A stretch of DNA of 64,000 bases from Waterburya sp. (GCA_965217895.1 CBDCJV010000002.1:1696001-1760000); one strand, 5' to 3'. Positions 29,030 through 40,276 are shown, counted from the stretch's first letter. The notes: a model not told the origin generated them from the letters alone. A program made the numbers and translations.

Positions 29030-29941
29030 TTAAAAATCCACTGTATAAATCCAGTCTTGATATTTTGATTCTTTATTTTGAGTTATTGCTGTTAGCTTGT
29101 GCTTTATTTTCTCAGTAATGGGTCTATTAGTTGTTAGGTGATAACTTTCGATTTGTTTTACAGGAGTTACCTTAGCTGCTGTACCACTTAAAAATACTTC
29201 ATCGGCAATTAATAATTCAGTTTTATCGATCGCTCTTTCCTCTGTTTCTATATCTAAATCTTTGGCGATAGTTAAGATGCTATCTCTGGTAATGCCCTCT
29301 AAAATGTCTTGATTAAAGCCAGGCGTGATTAATTTACCATTACGCACCATAAATATATTCATTCCTGAAGCTTCACAAATTTTACCTTGGGAGTTCATTA
29401 AAATCGCTTCATCAAAACCCGATTCTACGGCTTCAGTTTTAGCTAAAGAAGAAGTAATATAAGCACCGCTAATCTTACCCCGTAATGGCAAACTGCGATC
29501 TTCCTGGCGATACCAAGAACTAATCCGACAGCTAATCCCTTCAGGAGGTAAATAGTCCCCAAGTTCTAGACCATAAATAAAGAAATCTTTGGCAATTTTA
29601 TGCAGTCGGGGTGCAATACCTAAATCAGAAGTATAAACAAAAGGTCGAATATAAAATGGTTTTTTGGGCTTATTCTTTTGGACAAAATCAATAATTATAT
29701 GCTGTATTTTATCTGCGGGTAAATCATAATTTAGTAGTTTGGCACTTTCGCTCAATCTTTTACAGTGGCGATCGAGTCTAAATAATAATATTTGCTCAGG
29801 ATTCTCTGGGTTAGGAATACCTCTCATCCCACCAAAAGCTCCTGTTCCGTAGTGTAGAGCGTGGGTAGCAATAGAAACATTTGCTTCTTTAAAAGGAACA
29901 AACTGATTTTGAAAATAAGCGATTTCTAAAAAATTGTGCAT
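29030..29941 (-). CDS. ilvE: Branched-chain amino acid aminotransferase
   Basis: ALHYGTGAFGG, GKISGAY, GFDEAI, ILEGITR and EVFLSGTAAKVTPV. Confidence 0.95.
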   Translation of the reverse strand: MHNFLEIAYFQNQFVPFKEANVSIATHALHYGTGAFGGMRGIPNPENPEQILLFRLDRHCKRLSESAKLLNYDLPADKIQHIIIDFVQKNKPKKPFYIRPFVYTSDLGIAPRLHKIAKDFFIYGLELGDYLPPEGISCRISSWYRQEDRSLPLRGKISGAYITSSLAKTEAVESGFDEAILMNSQGKICEASGMNIFMVRNGKLITPGFNQDILEGITRDSILTIAKDLDIETEERAIDKTELLIADEVFLSGTAAKVTPVKQIESYHLTTNRPITEKIKHKLTAITQNKESKYQDWIYTVDF

Positions 29942-29973
29942 AATTGCTTGATTATTATTGATTCTTAATTACT

Positions 29974-30034
29974 TGGTGGGCATTAATAAGTGTATTTTTA
30001 TAACGAGCAGAACTGTATTTTATGCCCACCCTAC
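29974..30034. repeat. GTAG-type REP doublet
   Basis: TGGTGGGCA ... TGCCCACCCTAC; same family as 41478-41537, with a half site near 40299-40310. Confidence 0.65.
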
Positions 30035-30062
30035 AAATTGATCGTTGGTCATCGATCATTGA

Positions 30063-31835
30063 TTATTGTTCCCCAAGCCACCCAGTTAAATTTTGTTGCT
30101 GTATTTCTGTCAAGTTACTTTTAACTGCTACTTCATAACGGCTAGGTTGGGATTCACTTAAGGTAACGGGCAAAGTTTTAAGTTGATCTTGATGAAAAAC
30201 TGTAATTTCGATTGTATCTTTAACCTGATAGTCTTTTAACCGTTCATTAAGAGATTCAGCAGTAACTTTAGTTCCGTCGATCGCTAATAGTTCATCATCA
30301 GCATCAATTCCCGCTTTGCTTGCAGGAGATTCGGCAGCAACAAATTTAATTACTTCTCTATTATTCTCCGACTGTACCCTGATTCCCATGTAAGGCGTGT
30401 CTGATTCGGTAATAGTTTTCAAGTATAAACCAAAGGGTTCAAAGTAGTCATCAAAAGGTACTTCTTCTGTGGTTTCGATATAGCGAAAGAAAAAATCATC
30501 TAGGTTTGTCTCGGCAACTTCGGCTATCATTTCTCTTAACTGAGTTTCACTAAAGCCTATTTCATCCTGTCCAAAACGCTGCCACATTAGCTGCATCACA
30601 TTATCAAGCGATCGCCTATTATTATGTTTAGCTCGAATTATTAGATCTAGCAGCAGGGAAACAAATTGCCCTTTGAGGTAATAGGAAATCTGATTATTAT
30701 CGCTATTGGCATCACGGCGATAAAGCTTAATCCAGGCATCATAGCTAGACTCTCCCAAGGGCTGCACTTTACGTCCAGGGGTATTAAGATATTTGGTAAG
30801 ATCTTTACTCAGGTTTTTTAAACAGGTTTGACGATTATATATTCCTGCCCGTAGAGGAATTAAAAAATCGTAATAGCTAGTTGTTCCCTCGCAAAACCAC
30901 AGAGAAATAGTGTAGTTTTCTCCTTCGTAATCAAATACTTCTAAAGCTTTGGGGCGGATGCGCTTTACGTTCCACAAATGGAAAAATTCGTGGGCGACTA
31001 ACTGCATAAAACGTTCGTATTTCTCGCGATCGCGAAACCCAAATCGAGGATAATTTAAAGTACAGCTATCTTTATGTTCTAAACCTCCGTAGCCACTTCC
31101 TGAGAGGTGTAGCAGAAACAAATACTGTTCATAAGGTAAACCGCCAAACATCTCGGCTTCAACCTCAATTACTTTCTTAGTATCGGCAATTATTTGTTCA
31201 GGGTTGGCGTTACCTTCACTCCAAATAGCTAAAGAATGAGGCTTATCTAACACCTCAAAACTATATACCTGCTGTGTCCCCACTTCTACGGGAGTATCAA
31301 CCAACGTATCAAAATTTGGAGCAACAAAAGTATTGGTTTCTCCTTCTACCTTGGGCAAGGTTGTCGTCACCTGCCAATCTGACTGTGGAGTTATAATTTT
31401 GACTGTAATTGGCTGTTGTTCTAATCCAGGCACATAAAAGAACAAGGCTGCACCATTAAAATAGCCATGAGTAGCATCTAAATGATTAGTGCGTACCGTT
31501 AAATCATTGGCAAAGATACGGTAGCTAACTATTATTTCCGAACAGTCTTGTGTTGCTACCTGCCAATGATTTTTACTGATTTTTTGGCAAGTTAAATTCT
31601 GTTTGTTGCTATCTTGCGCCACAAAATCTTGTACGTGTCTAGCATATTCTCTTACTAAATAAGAACCAGGAGTCCAGACTGGCATTTTGAGATCCAAGCT
31701 TGTTGACTGCCAATTTTTTACTTGTAAGCTGACTTCAAATAGGTGGGAAGCAGGTTGAGACATGGCAACTTGATAAAACAAGGTTGCTTTTTTTTGAGTA
31801 GGTTGTGGCTGACGAGTAGCCGTGGCTTCAGTCAT
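30063..31835 (-). CDS. M61 glycyl aminopeptidase with C-terminal PDZ domain
   Basis: MPVWTPGSY, GGLEH, AHEFFHLWNVKRIRP, WFCEGTTSYY and ISYYLKG; PDZ segment SPASKAGI. Confidence 0.93.
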   Translation of the reverse strand: MTEATATRQPQPTQKKATLFYQVAMSQPASHLFEVSLQVKNWQSTSLDLKMPVWTPGSYLVREYARHVQDFVAQDSNKQNLTCQKISKNHWQVATQDCSEIIVSYRIFANDLTVRTNHLDATHGYFNGAALFFYVPGLEQQPITVKIITPQSDWQVTTTLPKVEGETNTFVAPNFDTLVDTPVEVGTQQVYSFEVLDKPHSLAIWSEGNANPEQIIADTKKVIEVEAEMFGGLPYEQYLFLLHLSGSGYGGLEHKDSCTLNYPRFGFRDREKYERFMQLVAHEFFHLWNVKRIRPKALEVFDYEGENYTISLWFCEGTTSYYDFLIPLRAGIYNRQTCLKNLSKDLTKYLNTPGRKVQPLGESSYDAWIKLYRRDANSDNNQISYYLKGQFVSLLLDLIIRAKHNNRRSLDNVMQLMWQRFGQDEIGFSETQLREMIAEVAETNLDDFFFRYIETTEEVPFDDYFEPFGLYLKTITESDTPYMGIRVQSENNREVIKFVAAESPASKAGIDADDELLAIDGTKVTAESLNERLKDYQVKDTIEITVFHQDQLKTLPVTLSESQPSRYEVAVKSNLTEIQQQNLTGWLGEQ

Positions 31836-32214
31836 TAAGCTTTCTTTTGGTAGACAAAATCAAATACAGATAGGAATGCAAGTCTATATTTTATCTATAT
31901 CTTGTAGATTGCCCAAACTAAACAACGTATCAAATTCAAATTATGGATGCCGTTGCTTTATAAGTTACGTAACTATGCTATAAATATTAAGGATTATGAA
32001 ATTAAAGCAATATTTTGTAATATTCCTAGAATAGTCTCAGATTAACTCGCTGTTGCTATCAGGAATCGCATATTTGTTCTTCTTCTCACGCATTTTTTTG
32101 AGTGGGACGGTTTTCATGCACATAAGTAAACAAACGTTCTTAGAGACAAATTGTTCGGTGAGATCGTCTACAGGCGATTAAAAACACAATATTTAGATCA
32201 TTAACACAGATTCT

Positions 32215-33288
32215 ATGACAGCAACATTACCAGCATCGCCACAAAGTTTAAAATCGACCCAATTAGACGACAATATCAAACTTAGAGATATTATCAATAC
32301 ATTACCTAAAGAAGTTTTTATTAAAAATCCTCGTAAGGCATGGTCAAAGCTAGTTATTAATGTCTTGTGTGTTGCTTTAGGCTACTGGACAGTGGCAGTT
32401 TCACCCTGGTACTTACTACCTGTTGCTTGGATATTTTTAGGCACAAGCTTACAAGGCTTATTCGTCATCGCCCATGATTGTGGTCATCGTTCCTTCTCTA
32501 ACCGTATTTGGGTAAACGATTTAGTGGGACACGTTATGACTCTGCCAATTATTTATCCCTTCCATGCTTGGCGTATTTTACATAACTATCATCACAAGCA
32601 TACAAATAAGCTGGATGTAGATAATGCCTGGGCTCCTTTTACTCCTGAGACGTATGATAATTGTTCTCCCACTATACAGTGGCTATATCGTCGAATGCGA
32701 GGTTGGTTTTGGGGGTTTGGTTCAATTATACATTGGGCAAAACTACACTTTATTTGGAGTAAGTTTGAAGGTAAACAAAGAGAACAGGTTCGCTTATCGG
32801 TACTAGTAGTTTTAATTGGCGGTGGTATTATTTATTCCACTTTGTTTATCACTACAGGATTTGTTGGCTTAGTTAAGTTTTGGCTTATGCCTTGGTTGGT
32901 ATATCATTTCTGGATGAGTACCTTCACTATGTTTCATCACACTATGCCTGAAATTCCTTTCAAGGCAGAAAATGAATGGAATGAAGCTCGCGCTCAACTA
33001 TCGGGTACGGTAAACTGCAAGTATCCTTGGTGGGTAGAGTTTCTTTGTCACGATATTAATGTGCATATCCCTCATCACCTAACTACGGGGATTCCCTGGT
33101 ATAACTTGCGTTTGGCTCACGATAGTTTAGTAGAAAATTGGGGTGATTATCTTTATCCTGACTGCACCTTTAACTGGAAACTAATTCAGAAGGTAACTAA
33201 AGACTGTCATCTGTATGAAGAAAAAAATAACTATCAAAGTATAGAAAAGTATTACTTGTCTAAATCAAACTATGCTAACGATATTTAG
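32215..33288 (+). CDS. desA: Acyl-lipid delta-12 desaturase
   Basis: His boxes HDCGH, HNYHHKH and HIPHH; cyanobacterial DesA-like sequence. Confidence 0.88.
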   Translation: MTATLPASPQSLKSTQLDDNIKLRDIINTLPKEVFIKNPRKAWSKLVINVLCVALGYWTVAVSPWYLLPVAWIFLGTSLQGLFVIAHDCGHRSFSNRIWVNDLVGHVMTLPIIYPFHAWRILHNYHHKHTNKLDVDNAWAPFTPETYDNCSPTIQWLYRRMRGWFWGFGSIIHWAKLHFIWSKFEGKQREQVRLSVLVVLIGGGIIYSTLFITTGFVGLVKFWLMPWLVYHFWMSTFTMFHHTMPEIPFKAENEWNEARAQLSGTVNCKYPWWVEFLCHDINVHIPHHLTTGIPWYNLRLAHDSLVENWGDYLYPDCTFNWKLIQKVTKDCHLYEEKNNYQSIEKYYLSKSNYANDI

Positions 33289-33357
33289 GACTTGTGGGAT
33301 ATGGTAAATACTGTATCCTTTTTTTTTACTCTTTTGGTAGGTCGAAACGATTGAAAA

Positions 33358-34797
33358 CTAATTGGACTTTAAACGATTAGTTAACCTTGCTTTCAATTCA
33401 GATTTAATACGATTGAGAATTGATTCTTCATCTAAAGAATCAAGAATTTTTTGGACTACTACCTTAGGACTTTGTTCTCCCCAGGATGCTCCATTGGCTA
33501 GATAGGTTTTTGTTACCTGCCCAATAGCGTAAGAAGATACGCCTCCTACTCCTCCTTGAGCGATCGCCACAGACAAATAGGGAGCAAGGGACAAACCTCC
33601 CGTGGCAGGAATAGCCAAGCCTAAAATTCCTTTAAGAGAGCTTAATCCTAGAGTGGCAAGCAGTTCGCTGGCACTAATTCCTCCCATGCTCAAAGCAATG
33701 CTCTTTAGAAGTTTTACTGCTCCTGATTGAGTCATGGTAATGCCATACAGACGGGATAGAGAAATAATTATCCCCACATCAATAATCGCTCCAGAGAACA
33801 AATCGATCGCCGTTACGGGATTAAGAGCGATCGCCATCGCTTTGACCATCATTCCCTTATTAATAAGCTCATTGGCAGCCTGATCGCGAATTGCCAGTTT
33901 ACGCTGTAGTAACTGCTCGTTTACTTCGTCAGCAAACAGCATACTGTTAAGAGCCACCAGAGATTTTCCTTCACGGTGTAATAATTCCAGAATTTTAAGC
34001 TGCAAAGATGCTACCTGTGGTTTGCCTGGAATCCGCTGCACTTTAATTCTGCCTGCTTTGTCTTTTATCCCTCTAACTTCAATCGGCGATGCAGCCACCA
34101 TAATAATTTCATCGGGGGAAATTAATTCTTTAACTCTCTCTTCTTTGATTTTTTGGTAGATAGCTAACCTGTCGGCTTGGGGATATTGATCGATTTTGTT
34201 AAACACCAACAGCATTGGTTTACCTGCTTCTCTGAGCTTTGCTAAAGCACGATATTCCACCTGGGTAATATCCCCTGAAACCATAAATAAGATTAGATCG
34301 ACTCGTTTAGCCAAATCACACGCCAAAGCTTCTCTGGCTTCGCCGTTAACCTCATCAATTCCTGGAGTATCGATTAGTTGAATTTGTCCTGCTTTGCCTG
34401 GGACGATCAGGCGTTGAAGATTTTCAGAAGTTTCGGCAATTTGTTCTGGGGTTAGGTGCCATTTTATAGTATCTATACTGCGAGTTACTCCGTGAAGCGC
34501 GCCTGTGGGAAAAATATTTTGCCCTACTAAGGCATTTAGGACAGAAGATTTGCCTCTACCTACCATGCCAAAAGCTGCAATCTGCACTACCGAATGCTCT
34601 AGTTTATCAAGCATGAAACTTAAGCGATCAATCTCTGATTCTAAGCCAGCTTGTTCTTCAGCAGTTAGATCGATATTACTAATTACATCCCGTAAAGAAT
34701 TCTGAGCTTGACGATAATTTAACTCAGCAGTAATTTCTTCAAAGCTAAAAAGCGTTTGTTTCAACTCTGTCTGATTTTTAGCTTCTTTTTTTGACAA
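33358..34797 (-). CDS. Era-like GTP-binding protein with DUF697 C-terminus
   Basis: GMVGRGKSS, DTPG and NKID motifs; hydrophobic C-terminal region. Confidence 0.88.
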   Translation of the reverse strand: MSKKEAKNQTELKQTLFSFEEITAELNYRQAQNSLRDVISNIDLTAEEQAGLESEIDRLSFMLDKLEHSVVQIAAFGMVGRGKSSVLNALVGQNIFPTGALHGVTRSIDTIKWHLTPEQIAETSENLQRLIVPGKAGQIQLIDTPGIDEVNGEAREALACDLAKRVDLILFMVSGDITQVEYRALAKLREAGKPMLLVFNKIDQYPQADRLAIYQKIKEERVKELISPDEIIMVAASPIEVRGIKDKAGRIKVQRIPGKPQVASLQLKILELLHREGKSLVALNSMLFADEVNEQLLQRKLAIRDQAANELINKGMMVKAMAIALNPVTAIDLFSGAIIDVGIIISLSRLYGITMTQSGAVKLLKSIALSMGGISASELLATLGLSSLKGILGLAIPATGGLSLAPYLSVAIAQGGVGGVSSYAIGQVTKTYLANGASWGEQSPKVVVQKILDSLDEESILNRIKSELKARLTNRLKSN

Positions 34798-34887
34798 TTC
34801 ACAATCCCTCCTATTGGCAGTTAGTAATTAATTATCAGCGATCGCCAGCTTGAAGCAACCAAATTGTATTGATATATGGTGCAACGT

Positions 34888-35550
34888 CTAATTTTCTTCT
34901 AAACGCTTTAAGGATATTTCTGCTGCTTCTTTTACTTGGGGGTGTATATCTTTAGCTAAAAACTTCAAGGCAGATGTGCTTTTCTCTGTTTTCAAATTAC
35001 CGAGTGCTTCTGCTAACCTTTGGCGAATTAACCAATCTTCTGAACCAGCAAAATTAAGAATTTTATCTACTGCTTCAGTGGCGTTGATTTCTCCTAAAGC
35101 AGCGATCGCAGCCTGCTGAAGAATTACTTCCTCACTATCTAAAGCCTCCATTAACAATTCCTTGGCGCGAATATCCTGCAAATTACCAAGAGAAACTGCA
35201 GCACTAAATCTGACTAGCCAATTATCATCTTCATAAAATGCCCTCACTAGATGTTCAAAGGCACGAATATCATTTAAGTAGCCTAATGCCCCTGCTGCAT
35301 CCGCTCGAATGCCATAATCTGGATCGGTTGCCAATAAATCGATTAGCAGTGGAAAACATTCCTTGGTTGGCTTTATCCCTAGAGCAAATACCGCCATCGA
35401 ACGCACAGGAAGTATTTCATCATTTAAAACTTTTTTAATTAAGGGAACAGCATCTTCTGGTGCAACTTGTCTCAAGGAAGTTAAAGCCAATAAACGATCC
35501 TTAGAATTAGGGCTTTCTAGCTGCCTGGCAATCTTTTCTAAATCTGGCAT
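34888..35550 (-). CDS. PBS-lyase HEAT-repeat protein (NblB paralog-like)
   Basis: HEAT repeats DPDYGIRADAAGALG, WLVRFSAAVSLG and WLIRQRLAEALG. Confidence 0.85.
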   Translation of the reverse strand: MPDLEKIARQLESPNSKDRLLALTSLRQVAPEDAVPLIKKVLNDEILPVRSMAVFALGIKPTKECFPLLIDLLATDPDYGIRADAAGALGYLNDIRAFEHLVRAFYEDDNWLVRFSAAVSLGNLQDIRAKELLMEALDSEEVILQQAAIAALGEINATEAVDKILNFAGSEDWLIRQRLAEALGNLKTEKSTSALKFLAKDIHPQVKEAAEISLKRLEEN

Positions 35551-35721
35551 TTGGATGATAGTTAGTTATTAAATCAGTACTATTTTTATCTTAGAGGGTT
35601 TAAATAATAATACTTAAGAGACTTTCCCTACTTGCCAACTGTAGATATTTGGTATAGAGAACGCCTGATGTGAATTACTTCTTTCAGATTCATTGGTTTT
35701 CAGCTATTAGCTCTTAGCTAC

Positions 35722-35852
35722 TATAGCGTTTCTCTTATTTACGAGATGCACCTTAGTTGTGTCTGGTTAAGGGGAAAAGGCAAAAGGGCAAAGGTTTTGC
35801 GCTTTTTTCCAGAACTTAGTTAATGTACCTCATTGATTTGAGAATTGCTATA
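35722..35852. mobile_element. MITE (TATAGC...GCTATA TIR)
   Basis: TATAGCGTTTCTC..GAGATGCAC ... ATGTACCTC..GAGAATTGCTATA, with internal AAAGGG(G/C)-type heptamers. Confidence 0.65.
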
Positions 35853-35873
35853 CATGAATTTCAACCAGCAAAA

Positions 35874-36320
35874 CTATTTTCTCATCTTCTTATGAGTTGA
35901 AGATTCTTCAAATACAGTAAATCCTAATCTTGCATATAATTTCTCAGCAGGATTACCTTTAACGATTTTTAACCACAATTTTTTGTTTTGTGATTGTGCT
36001 TGCTTAATAATTGACTGGATCAGATTCGTTCCTATTCCTTGTTTTTGATGTTGCCTATCAATCTGAATCTCTGCTAAATAAATATCTGTTTTTGAAGTAA
36101 CAACTTTGATAAAGCCTAAGATTTGTCTTTTCTTTTCAATTACTTGATAGTTTTCTGGAATGAAACAAGCGCGAAAAAGCTGAGGATTCCAAGGATAAAC
36201 TTTTTCAACATAGTTTCTCATATTTTCAGCGTGGATTTTATCTAATAGTTCGATATCATCTGCTTTAGCTTGGCGAATTATATATCGTTTAGAATCATCA
36301 CCCCATTTGTCTGTCTTCAT
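35874..36320 (-). CDS. GNAT-family N-acetyltransferase
   Basis: HQKQGIGTNLI and NPAEKLYARLGF. Confidence 0.88.
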   Translation of the reverse strand: MKTDKWGDDSKRYIIRQAKADDIELLDKIHAENMRNYVEKVYPWNPQLFRACFIPENYQVIEKKRQILGFIKVVTSKTDIYLAEIQIDRQHQKQGIGTNLIQSIIKQAQSQNKKLWLKIVKGNPAEKLYARLGFTVFEESSTHKKMRK

Positions 36321-36390
36321 CTGTTAACTCTAATTAATTCAATTTAATTGAAAACAATGTCTAGAAAAGTTCTTAAACGATAATTATTAA

Positions 36391-37035
36391 TTAGAGAATT
36401 TCTAACAAATGATCTCGCGTGTACACTACTCTCGAATGTCTTAAGTTTCCTTTATTCCAAACTAGATAAAGATTGTTACGAGGATAAAATTCTGTCTGAT
36501 GTAAAAGACGGAGATTGCCAGTCTGTAGCTTTTGTTCACACAGATATTTTGGTAAAACAGTATAACCTTGACTAAAAGATACAAGCGATCGCACTATTCT
36601 TAAATCAGCAACAGTCACCGTCGCCTGAATATCTAGTTGAATTTGAAATACCTCGGCAAAATATTGACGAACTAATGGTAAATCTTCATCGTAGGCGATC
36701 AAAGGCAAACTCAATAATTGCCGTGGATCGAATGGTTTAATTAAATGTTGCTTTTCCCAATCAGCAGCAGCAACTAAAATCAAAGTCTCCTGCTCAATTT
36801 CAGCATAATCTAAAGCTTTACTTTGAGGTTGAGATGCGGTGATTGCCAGATCTACTGTGCCATCATCCAATAGTTGATAAATGCGTTCTTTTCCACCTAA
36901 ATGAATTCTGACTTTGAGATCGTGAGCCAATAAAGATGCGATCGCGGGTAATACTTTAGCATCTAAAAATTCGGCTGGGGTTGCCAAATGAATTGTACCA
37001 GCAACGGTTGCAATACGCGATCGCACCGCATTAAA
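36391..37035 (-). pseudogene. 5'-truncated LysR-family regulator (substrate-binding domain only)
   Basis: GTIHLATP, LDDGTVDLAI and GYTVLPKYLC are present but there is no HTH. An in-frame TAG lies immediately upstream, next to the group II intron 5' end. Confidence 0.8.
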
Positions 37036-37045
37036 CTACGAGATG

Positions 37046-39990
37046 GTGCGCCCGTTAAACCAGAATCTGCTCAATCAGAATCTTAGAAGACATCTAAAAA
37101 ATTACTTTCTTACAACCTAATCTCCTAATTTCGCCCCCCCGCCCCCAAGTTTGGGGTAGGGCTGTTTCATTCTCTAAAAAAGAAATGCGATCGCGAATAA
37201 GTATATTTACTATTCCTATCAATGGCACAAAGAAAGTAATAATGGCAAATTATGGCTTAAATAACTGATTGCCTCGGTCATAGAATCGAAACCATGAACT
37301 CTCAGTAGGTTAATAACCCAACTTTTAATCAAGGAGATGTTTGTAGATGCTTTGCCGTGAAGTTGAGGGCTGTTATCTTCTTTCGTTACGACATCCTTAA
37401 ACGGCACTCAATACGGCGACGCAGGTTCGCCGTCCGTACCTCCCCAATGCCAACGATTCTCGATACCCCAATGTCGGCCAATACCTTGGGGAATAAGCCA
37501 AGAAGTTGCTGTTCACAAGTAGCAGTAGCGCAGCCTGGAGGCTGCCGACGTTGCTCCGCAACGGCTAGACGCGAAGCGCGTCTGCAAGTTCAACCTCTGC
37601 CACAGCAAGCAAAGCTTGCAAAGTCGTCGAAGACGACGACATGGAGCGATAGCTCCTGTGTCAGACAAAGGGCTTGCCCGCATGTATTCAAGAGTTGAAT
37701 TATTTTTTCACCTTTTCCTCATCAATGAAGAGGCTGCATATCCAACTTCGGAGTTTTTCTTAATTGCTATCTGCTATTTGCACACGCTGGAGCGTGTCGC
37801 CATCGCGAAGCGATGTCGGCGTTCTCCAGAACGCGCTACTTGCTACTTAACTCCGAAGGAGTTGGGTAAAGAACTAATGTAATAAGTAGCCGAATCCGAT
37901 TCATAATTATGATTACCTCTAATTCCCGAACGGAAAATCTTAATCACACTATAAACTCCAATCCAGCAAGAATTAAGATTTAGTGGAGGCTCAAATACTT
38001 CTACAGTTCGATGAGTTAGTCTGTTTCTAGTTTTTTCCGACTGCTTAAAGCGACGAATCGCAGTCTTATTGAGTGTTTGAAATTCTATTAGAGAAATGCA
38101 ATATCTTTCTCACTTTGTTTCTTATTTTCCCTAACTTTTATGCCTAAAATTTCCCCGCCTTCATGAGTCAAAGCCGAAACCATCATGACGAAGTTTTGCT
38201 GTTGTCCATAACAGTCGTTGACAGTATTTTTCAAACTTTTGCCATCAATTGCAATCCATTGACCTTGACTATTGTGAGTATACTGAGATGCCCATTCATT
38301 AAATACTTGAGTTACTGCCTCATAGTCTAAGCTCATCATTACCCTTCTCATTGTCGAATAAGATGGAACTCTAGCTTGTGGGATTTTGAGCGTTTCAATT
38401 AATTGACGGCGATGCCGTTCGACAAATCTGCCCAAACCTCGATATCCCCAATAACCGCTCATTATGCCTAAAATCGTTATCAATAATATCAGCCACAAAG
38501 AATGCCTTCGACCACCTGCTTTTCGCTCATCAGGTATTTGTTTCAAATAGTCAATTAAGCTTTTATCAAAGTTTTTTAAAGTCATTGAGCGGTTAAATTA
38601 GGTTTTATATCAATTTACCGCACTTTAGCTTTAGAATGAAACAGCCCTACCAGGTGTTGGGGGTAAAAGCACTTCCCCTTCGGTAGAGATTGGTCTTCAA
38701 TCCGAAAAGCGGGGATAAAAGCGGTTCTGACTGGAAGTCTAATCTGGTTCACCGCAAGCAAGAAACCCATGGGTAGCGAAAGCAAAGTATCCTCAAATTC
38801 CGTTACAAACAAATAGCCCAAAAGACTGATAGGCTATTGCCAAAAGGCAACAGGGCAAAACAACAGACATTAAAATATCATCTTTTAATGTTCAACATCC
38901 AAAACCCTCGGAACATAGGATTAGTAAACATCGTTAGTCTGAAACAGCAAAAATAGACTATTGGCTGTAGCCAAAAGGCAATAAATCTAGCTGATTTATA
39001 ATTGTTTATTTCTAAATCCACACCAGCTATAGATTTCGGTGGAAGTTTACACCCTAAAGGTTCCAACCAACGGATATTCGGAACGAGGAAACCCCTCCAT
39101 AACTCTCAGCAATGGTCGAACTTGTTGAGTAGTCAATTAAGACGCAATATCTCTAGAAATAGAGGTTATAGAGGGAGTAGGATTCGGTAAAAAGCTAATG
39201 CTCGTATGTAATGTATGAGATATGCCCACGTACCGACTGTAATTAGGAAGATAGTGAACAAGTAAGCGTAAATATGTCTAAAACTGATTTAAAACAATTA
39301 AATACAGTGGAATGGAACGAGATTGATTGGCGAAAAGTCGAGAAATCTGTTTTTAAGCTCCAAAAGCGAATCTATCAAGCCAGCAAAGATGACAATGTAC
39401 GAAAGTTAAGAAGGAACGTCCTCAAGGAGAATAAAAAATCTCTCTCCCTTATTAGATACGCAGACGATTTCTTGATTATCCATGAAAACCTGGACGTAAT
39501 TAAAACTTGTCAAGAATTAATAGGACAATGGCTCTTGGAAATAGGATTAGAACTCAATCAAGAAAAAACCAAAATTGCACATACCCTCAATAACTACGAG
39601 GATAACAAACCAGGGTTCGATTTCTTAGGGTTCAACATTAGACAATTCCCAGTAGGAAAATACCAATCAGGTAAGAATACCAACGGCGAAAATCTAGGGT
39701 TCAAAACGATTATCAAACCATCAAAAGAAAAGGTAAAAGAACATTACCGCAAGCTAGCCAATATAGTAGACAACCTTAAGGCTGCACCGCAGCACGCACT
39801 GATTTCAAAACTTAACCCAGTGATTAGAGGATGGTATAACTACTACAGAACAGTTTGCAGCAAAGAAACATATTCCAAAATGAATCAATTGCTGTTCTAC
39901 AAACTTATTAAATGGGGATATCAAAGACATTCTAACAAGAGTAAAACTTGGTCTAACAATAAATACTGGCACACAATTGGTATGAATAAC
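37046..39990 (+). mobile_element. Defective group II intron (interrupted by ISAs1, 3' end missing)
   Basis: 5' GTGCG at 37046. AACCAGA/TCTGGTT and TCAGAATC/GGTTCTGA pair across the IS. Intron-like motifs CGGAACGAGGAAACCC and AAGCTAATGCTCGTATGTAATGTATGAGATATG precede the RT ORF. No domain V/VI seen. Confidence 0.72.
37155..38651 (-). mobile_element. ISAs1-family element, copy 2 (transposase pseudogene)
   Basis: Same 19-bp TIRs as copy 1. The N-terminal ORF 38088-38585 is intact (PDERKAGGRRH, PSYSTMRR, IAIDGKSLK). It has an internal deletion and the same structured insert and C-terminal fragment as copy 1. Confidence 0.9.
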
Positions 39991-40038
39991 TTAGTTAGTT
40001 GTTTCGGCTACTTGTTTTATCGTTTTACCCGTCGATAG
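39274..40038 (+). pseudogene. ltrA: Group II intron reverse transcriptase/maturase with large in-frame internal deletion and 3' truncation
   Basis: N-terminal WNEIDWRKVEKSVFKLQKRIY is joined directly to LIRYADDF, then GFDFLGFNIRQ and X-domain LNPVIRGWYNYY. RT motifs 1-4 and the HNH domain are absent. Confidence 0.88.
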
Positions 40039-40276
40039 CAACCAATATTACTTGGTAATGACGTTACTCGCATTACGATACCTGTTTAGTAGTTTTTGTG
40101 TGCTTAAATGCTGACTGAGAGAAAGTTTTTTTGGCATTACTACTTCATTTGAATGGATGCAGTTTTATTTCAATTGATTATCCGTACTTGATATTAGTAA
40201 AGGTTTCAGCCGTTGGCTTTTTTAATCCCGTAAAAAATTACAGTCTCAAAAAATCATACCTTGATTCACCAACGCC
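39991..40276 (-). mobile_element. IS630-family left-end remnant
   Basis: Terminus GGCGTTGGTGAATCAAGGTATGA. From ATG at 40137 it reads, across frameshifts, MPK..LSQHLSTQKLLNRYRNAS...WLLSTGKTIKQVAETT, like IS630 HTH N-termini. Confidence 0.65.

Noticed and set aside
39274..40038. Retron, DGR or Abi-type reverse transcriptase
   Set aside because: The N-terminus, X domain and upstream RNA motifs are of group II intron type. No TR/VR pair or msr-msd arrangement was seen.
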